A stretch of DNA of 44,878 nt from a virus. Lineage: Duplodnaviria; Heunggongvirae; Uroviricota; Caudoviricetes. Both the position numbers and the translations under genes were made by a program. The stretch spans positions 1-44,878 of the IMG/VR virus record IMGVR_UViG_2563366802_000013. One strand, written 5' to 3'. The notes beneath the pieces were generated by a model. The model was not told the DNA's origin, did not search any database, and saw only the letters and a program-made list of their open reading frames with translations. Positions 28,216 through 36,818 of this stretch are shown here, piece by piece (the first letter of the stretch is position 1; every line of letters begins with the position of its first letter).

Positions 28216-28575
28216 TCACGGCGCGCACTCCCCAATAATGATCTGCCCCTTCTCTCCCCAAAGTTTTGTCACCCGACCATCCCAGACGCGGCTGTCGTCG
28301 TCGAAAATTGCATCGAGTAGCGCCTTTTCCAGGTTGTCTTTATCCGGTTTCTGCTGATGAGCCTGGCCGTTAAGTTGCGCGCGCTTCTTCTGGCTCCAGC
28401 TTTTTGGCATGGGAATGATGAAGGTGACGTGATAACCGGACTCAGGCAGACAGATCCCGAGCTGGCGTACTTCGGCTTTAAAAGCCCAATATGCCGCTGT
28501 TGCCGGACGTTTTACCCACCGGTCCCGTTGAGTCATGCGGGGTTTGCTGACTGGCGTGATATCGAAAATATTCAT
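28216..28575 (-). CDS. rusA: Holliday junction resolvase RusA-like
   Basis: Probable start at internal MNIF (about 28575); motif KPDKDNLEKALLDAIFDDD resembles the RusA acidic catalytic block; ATGA overlap with the upstream gene. Confidence 0.65.
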   Translation of the reverse strand: MNIFDITPVSKPRMTQRDRWVKRPATAAYWAFKAEVRQLGICLPESGYHVTFIIPMPKSWSQKKRAQLNGQAHQQKPDKDNLEKALLDAIFDDDSRVWDGRVTKLWGEKGQIIIGECAP

Positions 28576-28862
28576 ATTTTCACGAGCCCCTCTCTCAGCC
28601 AGATGACCTGCGTGCGAGCCATGCCTTCCAGCGCGCACTCCTTTGCATATTCCGCATCGACCAGACGGGTGCGGCGATCAATCTCGTCGTGGCAGCTGCT
28701 GCATGCGATGGTGGCAATCAGGTCAGGCGGCTTGATCCCGGTGCCGCACAGGCCGGCCAGGCGGATATGTGCCAGCACTGAGGTTTCAGAATTTCCATTG
28801 CAAACGCCAGGGATACGCACCTGGCATTCGCGGCCGCGCGCGGCTTTGCATAAATTAGCCAT
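28572..28862 (-). CDS. Cys-rich nin-region protein (DUF1364-like zinc-binding)
   Basis: 96 aa; CQVRIPGVCNG...SSCHDEID cysteine pattern; typical nin-region neighbour of RusA. Confidence 0.55.
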   Translation of the reverse strand: MANLCKAARGRECQVRIPGVCNGNSETSVLAHIRLAGLCGTGIKPPDLIATIACSSCHDEIDRRTRLVDAEYAKECALEGMARTQVIWLREGLVKI

Positions 28863-29025
28863 GCGTTCTCCGTGCCGCGAGACGCAGCCATTTCTGATCC
28901 ACCAGGCGGGCGGTGTACCCCTTCAGGGTCGGGATGTCGGACGGATTAACCGCAGGCTTACGCTGGCGGCGCGCCGGAACGCGGAATATTTCGTTTGTGA
29001 TTACGCGGGAAAGTGGAGTAGACAT
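28855..29025 (-). CDS. Hypothetical 56-aa basic protein
   Basis: Below the track's 60-aa cutoff; ATG with AGGAGG SD; TGATG overlap with the HNH stop; stop overlaps the DUF1364 start. Confidence 0.35.
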   Translation of the reverse strand: MSTPLSRVITNEIFRVPARRQRKPAVNPSDIPTLKGYTARLVDQKWLRLAARRTHG

Positions 29026-29546
29026 CAGGCCTCCTGCTTATCGCGCAGCTGCTGGTAGCAATGACTATTGGGCAGTCCGTGATTGACATGGTAACCATGC
29101 TCAGCCTTTGCCTTGTCGCGAGCTTGCTTTGCTTCTTCCATGCTCTCGTAAACACCCACGAACTTTCTTTTTCCGTCGGCGTTGATCTGGACATGCCACT
29201 TGCTTAGTTTTTTATTCCAATGGATACCAATCTCACCTGATGTATTGGTGCTGGGTAGCGATTTGTTACGGGTATTATCCGACTGGCTTATCAGCCTAAG
29301 GTTTTCAATCCGATTGTCTGCTCGGACGTGATTTATGTGGTCAACCTCCATTCCTTCCGGAATTGGGCCGTTTATCATTTCCCATACAATTCTATGCGCC
29401 AGGTATTGACAGCCAGAGTATTCAAACCTTCTGTAGCCATCGCTAAGACATCCTGCAACGTCACCAATTTTTACCCTGTTAGCTGGCTTTATGGCCCACA
29501 CAAGATTTCCATCAACAATGGAAAATATATCGCTCCAGTTATGCAT
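29025..29546 (-). CDS. HNH homing endonuclease with AP2-like domain (second copy)
   Basis: 173 aa; HNH core MEVDHINHVRADNRIENLRLIS; paralogous to ORF 8641-9108 (shared YLAHRI...E.NGPIP block). Confidence 0.8.
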   Translation of the reverse strand: MHNWSDIFSIVDGNLVWAIKPANRVKIGDVAGCLSDGYRRFEYSGCQYLAHRIVWEMINGPIPEGMEVDHINHVRADNRIENLRLISQSDNTRNKSLPSTNTSGEIGIHWNKKLSKWHVQINADGKRKFVGVYESMEEAKQARDKAKAEHGYHVNHGLPNSHCYQQLRDKQEA

Positions 29547-29994
29547 CTTGGGCCTCCCTCAATTTCTGGTATTGGGAGTCGGAAGGGATGGTCAGGTGAC
29601 AGCCGATGTTCATCGCCCAGGCTTCGACTTTGCACAGGAAGATGTACATCTCGCCGGTTTCCAGATCAGACGTATGGCGGAGTGATTGAACCGTGGTTAC
29701 CTCGCCGGACACGACGTCTACACGGTCTTTGCTTTCGTAGCCGAGATAGGTGTGCTTCATCGCGTCTTTAACCCACTCAGGCGTAGCGAATGTTTTGCCG
29801 CGGGCGATGAGGTACTCGCTGATTTCCGTGTACCACATGTGGCTGAGCGCGTTCTGCGACAGGCTGCGCTTCTCGCGCCACGGCTTAACCTGAAGGCGGA
29901 AGCATTGCCCGGCATCCAGCAATGGCTGAATCTGCTGGCCGATGGCCGCGAAGTTACCGCGATGGAGTTTGATGCCGTCTACTGGCAGAGTCAT
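29539..29994 (-). CDS. ninB: NinB-like recombination protein
   Basis: 151 aa; block RSLSQNALSHMWYTEIS resembles the lambda NinB RSLDQNRKLW region as I recall it. Confidence 0.7.
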   Translation of the reverse strand: MTLPVDGIKLHRGNFAAIGQQIQPLLDAGQCFRLQVKPWREKRSLSQNALSHMWYTEISEYLIARGKTFATPEWVKDAMKHTYLGYESKDRVDVVSGEVTTVQSLRHTSDLETGEMYIFLCKVEAWAMNIGCHLTIPSDSQYQKLREAQDA

Positions 29995-30229
29995 ACGGCC
30001 TCCTTAACGGAAACCGCAGAATGCAGAAAATGGCAGGTGCATTTCTGCATCTGTGACAAGGTGAGGAGTTCAGATTGTTGTCGCATTTAAGTCCCCTTAA
30101 ATGCGCAGAAGTCACCGCCGGGTGTTCAGGCCGTCAGCAAAGAAAGTATGGACGGTTGATTCAACAAAATCAACTGAAGAGAAAGGCCTCCGAAGAGGCC
30201 TGTTTGTTATGCGTCGAATGGGTTAGGCG

Positions 30230-30430
30230 TCATCGCTTGTCCCTTTTCAGTTTGGCGATCGGGTTGTTCCACGCGTCAATATCCTCCTGGATAAGTTTTC
30301 CTTTCCCTTTGCATAGTTCGCATTTTGTCAGCAACCCAAAGCACTTAGGGCACTTAACAAATGGACCAAACTCTCTCTTCCATGAAAGCACGCGAGCATT
30401 GATGATTATCTTGTTTAAGCTTTCCATCAT
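30230..30430 (-). CDS. Small zinc-ribbon protein
   Basis: About 66 aa from internal Met; CPKC...CELCKGKG motif; start abuts the stop of the upstream gene. Confidence 0.4.
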   Translation of the reverse strand: MMESLNKIIINARVLSWKREFGPFVKCPKCFGLLTKCELCKGKGKLIQEDIDAWNNPIAKLKRDKR

Positions 30431-31041
30431 GCCTCCTGCTGCGGTGCTGCTGGCAGTGGCATCCAGTGGGTTGGGCTCCATGATGCTCCTGGTATAATCC
30501 AGCCATCTATATCTGCATCCGGATGCCCAGGGCAATTTGTTGCCCATTTCATTGCATAGCCGCCAGGAGCTGATTGCCATGGCGCAGCAACTATCACACC
30601 TGTTGATGGGCTTGGCATCCGCTTACTGCAATCCACCCAACCGTCTGTCAACTCATCACGATTACTTACAGGTTCGGCACCATGAAGCATGGCGGCGCGG
30701 CACTGATTGAATCCATGTGCCCATGCTGATGCAAGAGCCATATCGTCTTCGGTGATTTCCTCTGGAACATCTTCCCAGCAAACTTCATCAGGCACAGATA
30801 CCGGCGCAGGCGGGGCGGAGCGATACAGAAGCACATCCCCCATCTCTGCTCTGGATGCTGGCCACACGTCAGCATCGGAGCCAGATTTGAGATAATCAAG
30901 ATTGGACTGGTCTATGACGCACACAGGCTCCGCTTCGAGCGATGCCAGCGCGATACGCGCCAGCTCCACTACATCATCGTGCGTATAGCATTTCTCGCCG
31001 CTGGCGATACCAGCAACGCGTTCTTTGGTAATAGTGCTCAT
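30427..31041 (-). CDS. Hypothetical protein with C-terminal DUF551-like domain
   Basis: 204 aa; C-terminal W...SKRMP...HWMPLPAAP pattern characteristic of DUF551 phage proteins. Confidence 0.5.
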   Translation of the reverse strand: MSTITKERVAGIASGEKCYTHDDVVELARIALASLEAEPVCVIDQSNLDYLKSGSDADVWPASRAEMGDVLLYRSAPPAPVSVPDEVCWEDVPEEITEDDMALASAWAHGFNQCRAAMLHGAEPVSNRDELTDGWVDCSKRMPSPSTGVIVAAPWQSAPGGYAMKWATNCPGHPDADIDGWIIPGASWSPTHWMPLPAAPQQEA

Positions 31042-31475
31042 GATGCCTCTCCTTTACCGGCTGCGGCGGGTACGTCGATGCCAGCAGCAGACAAAGCTAT
31101 TCGGAACGCTTCCTTCAAATCTGCAATCTGCTTGTCTTTGGCTTCCAGCTCATCCAACATCCTACCCAGAGTTTTGGTGTGCATTTCTTCTCGCTCAAGC
31201 AATGCTGTTCCGCAATGTCGTTGCTCAAGTTCAGCAATCTCATTCAGCAGCGCCAGCATTGTTTCCGGGCTAGCTGCAGCGATATATCTCAATACGTTTT
31301 CAGACTGTTTCACTCTCCCTGCGGCTTTATTCAGACAGTAGATAGCCTCTGCTCCGCCTACTGTGATATATCCCCGCCCTGGGGCGCTGAGGTCGCTGGT
31401 GTAGACGTACTCCCAGTCATTTTGTCCTGCACGTTCAGCCGCTTCACGTAATGCGCGTTTGTCGATGTTGCTCAT
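31038..31475 (-). CDS. Ead/Ea22-like protein
   Basis: 145 aa; N-terminus MSNIDKRALREAAERA... followed by coiled-coil segment typical of Ead/Ea22-like proteins. Confidence 0.65.
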   Translation of the reverse strand: MSNIDKRALREAAERAGQNDWEYVYTSDLSAPGRGYITVGGAEAIYCLNKAAGRVKQSENVLRYIAAASPETMLALLNEIAELEQRHCGTALLEREEMHTKTLGRMLDELEAKDKQIADLKEAFRIALSAAGIDVPAAAGKGEAS

Positions 31476-31786
31476 TGGGCGGCCTCCTTCACTTCCTTAT
31501 CGCCATTTACCCATCCTTCCTGGAAATCAACATCACCTGGGTAGATGCATTTTGCAGCGTGCTGAACATCACTCCAGTTCATGTTATTTGCTGCCCAGTC
31601 TTCTATTTCAAAATCATCAGAGCGGAATAGCGGAAGGGTGTCTTCTGCCAAACTACGGTATAAATCACCGCCAAACTCTTTGGCGTAATGCTCAGCTCTG
31701 TGCGTGGCAATCAACTGGACTGGCACTGCCCAAACACTGCTGTCAGGCATCGTGACGTGAAGCTCTTTATCGATTACTCTGCTCAT
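31472..31786 (-). CDS. Hypothetical protein
   Basis: 104-aa ORF with overlapping junctions to neighbours. Confidence 0.45.
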   Translation of the reverse strand: MSRVIDKELHVTMPDSSVWAVPVQLIATHRAEHYAKEFGGDLYRSLAEDTLPLFRSDDFEIEDWAANNMNWSDVQHAAKCIYPGDVDFQEGWVNGDKEVKEAAQ

Positions 31787-32355
31787 GACTGCACTCCTTT
31801 GCGAAGCTGGGCGGCGATGTCTTCGAGTACTCCATCAGCGAATGAGCGATCGAAATCTCCCTCTGGCGCGTCAGCCATAAACTCTGTGGAAGTTAGTATC
31901 ATTCGTGCGATGTCCGCAGCGTTCCTTGCGGTGTCGTCGATAAATCCGGCATCCCATGCAGCAAGCATTCGATTAGCAACAAAGTAAGCACCTTCTTCGC
32001 GAGCTTTTGATTGCACTCCAGCCAGGAAAGCTTCGGTAGCTGGGGTTTTCGGGAACATCTGCGACTCCTCAGCATTGACGTAAGAATCACAAACGTCGCT
32101 ACCATCGCCATCATATGAATAACAGCTCTGAGAAATGAACGACTTCAGCCCCGCATTCTCCGCAGCCAGCGCCGCGCATCTGGCTTCAAGTGCGGCGTAG
32201 TCTTCGTAATCAACCATATCGCCTTCAGCACTCTCTATCACGTCGCAATGGCACGCATGCTCATCACAGGCCACCCACTCATAACGTTTCACGTTCATAC
32301 CCCTACCCTCCCCCAAACCATCAATACCCTTCTCATCGCCGGACTGTTTCGGCAC
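31783..32355 (-). CDS. Hypothetical acidic protein (Ea22-like coiled-coil segment)
   Basis: Probable start at internal Met about 32298 (MNVKRYEWV...); Cys/His cluster near the N-terminus. Confidence 0.4.
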   Translation of the reverse strand: MPKQSGDEKGIDGLGEGRGMNVKRYEWVACDEHACHCDVIESAEGDMVDYEDYAALEARCAALAAENAGLKSFISQSCYSYDGDGSDVCDSYVNAEESQMFPKTPATEAFLAGVQSKAREEGAYFVANRMLAAWDAGFIDDTARNAADIARMILTSTEFMADAPEGDFDRSFADGVLEDIAAQLRKGVQS

Positions 32356-32639
32356 TCCTGGCAGATCACGTTTGTGCCCGTCCGCTGAATTAACTTCGAC
32401 TTGCCCTGCTTCATGCCCGGTATAGTGTCAGGGGCGAAGCGCATGCCGTAACTGGTAAGGCTGTACAGGCGCTGGCCGTATTTTCCTTCGCAGCTGATCA
32501 GGCCGTCAGCCAGCAGCGTGCTCACCGTCCCGGATATCTTTTTGGTGTCCATGCCGATAAGACCTGCCAGCTTGGCGTTGTTCAGCCCTGGGTTGTTACG
32601 CAGGGCTGCCAGCACCTGCTCACGGATTGTTATGGTCAT
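32295..32639 (-). CDS. Winged-helix DNA-binding protein (hypothetical)
   Basis: 114 aa; N-terminal HTH-like segment (LAALRNNPGLNNAKLAGLIGMDTKKISGTVSTLLADGLI); directly downstream of dnaB. Confidence 0.45.
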   Translation of the reverse strand: MTITIREQVLAALRNNPGLNNAKLAGLIGMDTKKISGTVSTLLADGLISCEGKYGQRLYSLTSYGMRFAPDTIPGMKQGKSKLIQRTGTNVICQECRNSPAMRRVLMVWGRVGV

Positions 32640-34072
32640 CAGAATCCCCCTTTCTTTTTCGGCTGCTGCTCACGCCCGCGGCGTTCTGCGGCGGCGGCCT
32701 GCTGGTCTGTGTCGTAAATTGCCCCGTTGATCTGATTGCAATAAACCGTTCCGGTACTGCCGTGGCGGTTGAGTCGCAGGATTAACTCGGTTTCTCCCGG
32801 CGGCACGCTGTCATCGAAAGCACCTTCCCGGTGGATACCAACCCAGTAGTCGCAGTCCTGCTCAATCTGCCCTGTGTCGCGGGAATCGCTCGGTAACGGG
32901 CGTTTATTCACTCGCTTCTCCAGTTCGCGGTTGAGCTGGGTCAGCAGCACGACGACGCAGCCAAGCTCTTTAGCGAGGTTCTTCAACCCTTTGGTGATCA
33001 TCCCGTAGGCAAGGTCATTACGGTCTGCTTTTTCGGCGGTCATCAGCGTCAGGTAATCAACCAGAATCATGCCTACGCGGCCCTTCTCGCGTTTGATTCG
33101 GCGGCTTTCGCTAACGATGTGCGCCAGTGACAGGCCCGGAGTGTCGTCGATGTACAGCATGTCGATTTCACTCAGCCGGCCCGCTGTAGCGATCGCCTTC
33201 TTAAAGTCGCCGTCGTAGTCTCCCTGGTACTGGTCGTCGGCGTCATCCGTGGCGGGCATGTAAAAAATGCTCGGGTTTACGCCGGACTTCTGCCCAACAA
33301 GCTTTTCGAGGATCTGGTCGCTGGGCATTTCCAGGCTAAACATCAGCGCTGGCTTTTTCTCGCGAATCGCGCAGTTGATCGCCATCTGCCCGTACAGGGT
33401 TGTCTTGCCCATCTTTGGTCTTGCGCCAATCACAAACAGGGAACCTTTCACCAGGCCTTTCGGCGCTAACAGTCGGTCGAGTGACGGGATGCCGGTACTC
33501 ATGCCACGCTGTTCGCCTGAAGGGTCGAAACGCTTCTCCAGATCCGCCACCCAGTCATCCATAACCTCGCCGAACGACCGCAACCCACGGCGACTGCCGG
33601 TTTTTGAATGGTCTGCGAGCTGGGTGAAAATACCCTGAATGGCCTCGTACTTCTGCGTGGCACTCATGCCGTTGCGGGAATACAGCAGCTCAGTAGCTTC
33701 GGTCAGGCGGTTGATACCGTAGCGCTCCATTGCGGCTTCCCGGACTGATGCAGCGTATGCAACGATGTTTGCAGCGCTTGGAGTGTTCTTGGCGATCTCC
33801 GCCAGGTATGCAAAGCCACCTACCTGCTCCGCGAGCCCTTTGCCTTCGAGCGCGTCGAACAATGTCAGACCATCGACTGGCTTGTTGTCGCGGAACATCT
33901 GGCGCATCTCGGCAAAGATCAGCTGGTGAGGTCGGCTGTAGAACGACTCAGGCTTGAGCATCGCCAGAACCTTCTGGACTCGCTCGCTGTTGTCATCGTC
34001 CAGCAGCAGGCCACCGATAACGCTCTGCTCTGCTTCGAGGTTATGAGGTACAGCCATGAATTCAGCGGTCAT
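32639..34072 (-). CDS. dnaB: Replicative DNA helicase (DnaB family)
   Basis: About 477 aa; N-terminal DnaB domain (NLEAEQSVIGGLLLD), Walker A (GARPKMGKT) and RecA-like fold motifs; ATG near 34072. Confidence 0.9.
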   Translation of the reverse strand: MTAEFMAVPHNLEAEQSVIGGLLLDDDNSERVQKVLAMLKPESFYSRPHQLIFAEMRQMFRDNKPVDGLTLFDALEGKGLAEQVGGFAYLAEIAKNTPSAANIVAYAASVREAAMERYGINRLTEATELLYSRNGMSATQKYEAIQGIFTQLADHSKTGSRRGLRSFGEVMDDWVADLEKRFDPSGEQRGMSTGIPSLDRLLAPKGLVKGSLFVIGARPKMGKTTLYGQMAINCAIREKKPALMFSLEMPSDQILEKLVGQKSGVNPSIFYMPATDDADDQYQGDYDGDFKKAIATAGRLSEIDMLYIDDTPGLSLAHIVSESRRIKREKGRVGMILVDYLTLMTAEKADRNDLAYGMITKGLKNLAKELGCVVVLLTQLNRELEKRVNKRPLPSDSRDTGQIEQDCDYWVGIHREGAFDDSVPPGETELILRLNRHGSTGTVYCNQINGAIYDTDQQAAAAERRGREQQPKKKGGF

Positions 34073-34961
34073 CACGATCCCCCTCGCGCACTTCGATGTA
34101 GAGCTTTTCGGTCAGGAACTTATCGAATTTCATGCGGCGCCAGGTCTTCCCGGATTTCTGGTCTGGTCGGTCTTCAAGCATCCAGCGGCAGTTCTGAGCG
34201 ATGTAGCGCAGATAGCTTCTGAAACCGTCCATATCCATCGGCTTGCCGTCCAGGTTGCGGGCAATCTTGTTAGCCTTACCCCAGAAGGTGCGGATCAGAT
34301 TGCGTCGCTCATCAGTGAGGCATCTCCACCCCCGGGCTTCAGGCAGTTCGTCTTTCAGGCATTGCCATACTTCATCGCATGACAAACGGGACTTTTTCTC
34401 TTCAGCGGGTTTCTGGTCATTTGCGACATACTTACTACCGTTAGGTAGTAAGTTATTTAATATATTGTTATCTGTGGACACTGGCTGGACATCGGCTGGA
34501 CACTCCACCTCCGCAGGCATTGGTACGGCTGCGCTTGGGCTGGACACTGGCTGGACATCGGCTGGACAAAAATTTGACTGATATTCGTCATATTTGACCA
34601 CTTTTAGAACAGTGAAACGGTTGTTCGACTTGGTGGTGATCATGCCCAGATTCTGGAATTTACGGAGCAGTGATTTAACGCGATCAGCGGTCAAACCCGT
34701 TTCCATTGCCAGTGTGTTTCGCCCGGTGATGAACTCTCCGCGCTCGCAGATCACATCGCCAACATCAGTAGATACCAGTGTCTGTTCATGATTAGCACGC
34801 AGGAGCAGGTGAACCCATAAATGAGCCGCCTCAGCGTCCTTGTAGAACGGCACATCCATAATTTTACGGTGCAGCAAGGCAAACCCCTTACCGTCATTCG
34901 TGCGCGGTTTCTGGAGCCTTCTGGCCTCTCTGGCTTCGGCTAAATTGGATACGTTACCCAC
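34062..34961 (-). CDS. Replication initiator (lambda O-like) containing the origin iterons
   Basis: Probable GTG start near 34961 with AAGGAG SD; N-terminal DNA-binding region; internal repeated peptide CPADVQPVS encoded by the iterons; C-terminal helicase-loading-like domain. Confidence 0.7.
   Translation of the reverse strand: MGNVSNLAEAREARRLQKPRTNDGKGFALLHRKIMDVPFYKDAEAAHLWVHLLLRANHEQTLVSTDVGDVICERGEFITGRNTLAMETGLTADRVKSLLRKFQNLGMITTKSNNRFTVLKVVKYDEYQSNFCPADVQPVSSPSAAVPMPAEVECPADVQPVSTDNNILNNLLPNGSKYVANDQKPAEEKKSRLSCDEVWQCLKDELPEARGWRCLTDERRNLIRTFWGKANKIARNLDGKPMDMDGFRSYLRYIAQNCRWMLEDRPDQKSGKTWRRMKFDKFLTEKLYIEVREGDRDDR
34476..34567. repeat. Origin-of-replication iterons (six copies of GCTGGACA-containing 11-bp units in two clusters) with adjacent AT-rich tract
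   Basis: GGACACTGGCTGGACATCGGCTGGACA at about 34476-34502 and again at 34538-34567; AT-rich stretch at about 34440-34472; located inside the O-like gene as in lambda ori. Confidence 0.6.
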
Positions 34962-35100
34962 GGCCAATCTCCTTACGTTTCAGTTCTTCCAGAATGGCGC
35001 GCATCTTCTCTGCCACAATCGGGTTAACCGAGCGGATGAAGCGGTCGCGGGTTATGTTTTTATGTACAGCGGTATGGTAATAGCGTGGATTTTTTGCCAT
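34954..35100 (-). CDS. Hypothetical small basic protein (48 aa)
   Basis: ATG near 35100 with AGGAGG SD; between YdaT-like and O-like genes. Confidence 0.35.
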   Translation of the reverse strand: MAKNPRYYHTAVHKNITRDRFIRSVNPIVAEKMRAILEELKRKEIGRG

Positions 35101-35189
35101 TATTCCTCCTGCAATGAGTGCACACGATTTGCATCTGAAGGCCAGTTCTGTTCGCGCAGACTGGCTTTCGCCATTTTTGAAACTTCCCA

Positions 35190-35732
35190 TCACATAACCC
35201 CCAACATCGAAGTGACCATAGCCATCAGCGGCGCGGTCAGATCCGGGTCGACACGGAACATCTCTACAATCCCCTCACTGAGTTCCTTGAGCTTCTGGTG
35301 ACGCGGGGCGTTCATCGCAACGGCCACTTTCGCCTCGCTCGTTTCCTTCTCAAGTCGAGCTAAGCGGGACATGAAACTATCCTCGGGAAGAAGTCGATGG
35401 CGATACTCCAGAGGCAGCACGGCCATGATTGCGGGCGTCAGCTGGCGCACGTTCTCGCGGTACTGCTCGGAGTCGAAGCGATTATCCAGGAAGCGAAACA
35501 GTTTCTGGCGCGCCCGGCTGATGTCTTCCGGAAAGCTGATGGCGGTACCGCCCTGCTCCCGGTATTCGTTGATGATCAGCGCCGAAACGACGTCCTGATT
35601 GTCCAGCGCCGACGACCATGCCCGGACCGCATCGCGGATCTTTTCGTGGTCTGGCGCCGCTTTAGCTTGAGCGCGGTTTATCACCGCTCCCTGGTGTATT
35701 CCGGTATTGTGTTGATACGCAAGTGAATGCAT
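35190..35732 (-). CDS. YdaT-like regulatory protein (CII-position)
   Basis: 180 aa; resembles Rac prophage YdaT as I recall it (QKLFRFL, LTPAIMAVLP blocks); directly downstream of the Cro/YdaS-like gene. Confidence 0.55.
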   Translation of the reverse strand: MHSLAYQHNTGIHQGAVINRAQAKAAPDHEKIRDAVRAWSSALDNQDVVSALIINEYREQGGTAISFPEDISRARQKLFRFLDNRFDSEQYRENVRQLTPAIMAVLPLEYRHRLLPEDSFMSRLARLEKETSEAKVAVAMNAPRHQKLKELSEGIVEMFRVDPDLTAPLMAMVTSMLGVM

Positions 35733-35761
35733 TGCTTTCCCTTTCGTGGTTAGGGCCGCCG

Positions 35762-35989
35762 TTAAGCGGCATGGTTCTCTGGGTGTGGAAACAGGTCGGG
35801 AAGATCAGGTCGAATTTCGTGTGCCTTAATCTCGCCACCAGTAGCGTTTACGATGGCTGTTACTTTTTCCGGAGATACGGAACCACCGTTAAGCCACTTG
35901 TGAACCGCTGGCTGGCTAACGCCGCAAATATCTGCGAGTCGCTTCTGGCTGCCAACGATTTCTAAAGCTCGTTGAATAACTTTGTTCAT
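35762..35989 (-). CDS. cro: Cro/YdaS-like HTH repressor
   Basis: 75 aa; HTH SQKRLADICGVSQPAVHKWLNG; divergent from cI across the operator region. Confidence 0.75.
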   Translation of the reverse strand: MNKVIQRALEIVGSQKRLADICGVSQPAVHKWLNGGSVSPEKVTAIVNATGGEIKAHEIRPDLPDLFPHPENHAA

Positions 35990-36022
35990 GGATTTTACCT
36001 ATCCGATTACTGGATTAATGAA

Positions 36023-36093
36023 AAGATAACCCAAGTTATGACCATTGTCCATAACCTTTGTTATTTTACTCTGCATAACCTGAGTTATATATT
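36023..36093. promoter_or_regulatory. OR operator region with divergent pR/pRM: three 14-bp palindromes ATAAC-N4-GTTAT
   Basis: Sites at 36026-36039 (ATAACCCAAGTTAT), 36051-36064 (ATAACCTTTGTTAT), 36075-36088 (ATAACCTGAGTTAT), spaced 24-25 bp; candidate pR -35 TGGACA / -10 TATCTT on the minus strand; candidate pRM -10 TATATT just upstream of a nearly leaderless cI ATG. Confidence 0.6.
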
Positions 36094-36099
36094 GGCGCT

Positions 36100-36804
36100 A
36101 TGAAAACATTCGCAGATCGACTTAACGCGGCTATGAGAGCCGCAGGCATATCCCAAGGGCAGCTGGCTGAGAAAGTCGGCATATCTCAACCTGCAATTCA
36201 GAAAATGACATCAGGCAAAACCACAGGCAGCCGTAAGATGGTTGAGCTTGCTCATGCATTGAACGTGCGTCCGGAATGGCTCAGTTCGGGCATAGGCTCA
36301 ATGCAGGACGAAGGACGCAAGGACTCCGCTATCCCACCAGAATCGGAATGGGGTAAAGTTGACGCTTGGGATAGCAAAACAGATCTGCCAGATGACGAGG
36401 TCGAAGTGCCATATCTGAAAGACATAGAACTTGCGTGTGGTGATGGTTCCTGCTTGGAAGATGACTATAACGGATTCAAACTTCGTTTTGCGAAGTCTAC
36501 CCTTCGTAAGGTGGGAGCCCAGAAAGATAGCGTGCTGTGCTTCCCGGCATCAGGAAATAGCATGGAGCCCATGATCCCGGAAGGGACGACGGTCGCCATC
36601 AACACGAACGACAAAAAGATCGTTGATGGCAAGGTTTATGCAATAAGCCAGGACGGATGGAAAAGGCTAAAATCCATTTATCGTGTGAGTCCTACCCGCA
36701 TCGTGATTCGCAGCTTCAACAGTGAAGAGTACCCTGATGAAGAAGCGGATATCGAGAGCGTAGAGATTATTGGTCGCATGTTCTGGACATCTACTATCTG
36801 GTAA
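36100..36804 (+). CDS. cI: CI-type prophage repressor (N-terminal HTH, C-terminal S24 LexA-like autopeptidase)
   Basis: 234 aa; HTH ISQGQLAEKVGISQPAIQKM; S24 catalytic block GNSMEP and Lys in ...DGWKRLK... Confidence 0.9.
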   Translation: MKTFADRLNAAMRAAGISQGQLAEKVGISQPAIQKMTSGKTTGSRKMVELAHALNVRPEWLSSGIGSMQDEGRKDSAIPPESEWGKVDAWDSKTDLPDDEVEVPYLKDIELACGDGSCLEDDYNGFKLRFAKSTLRKVGAQKDSVLCFPASGNSMEPMIPEGTTVAINTNDKKIVDGKVYAISQDGWKRLKSIYRVSPTRIVIRSFNSEEYPDEEADIESVEIIGRMFWTSTIW

Positions 36805-36818
36805 TCAAGAGGGAAGGG

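Noticed and set aside
34476-34567. Short direct repeats considered as a possible CRISPR array
   Set aside because: Only 8-11-bp units with no regular spacers, located inside the initiator gene next to an AT-rich tract, which fits ori iterons rather than CRISPR; no cas genes in the window.
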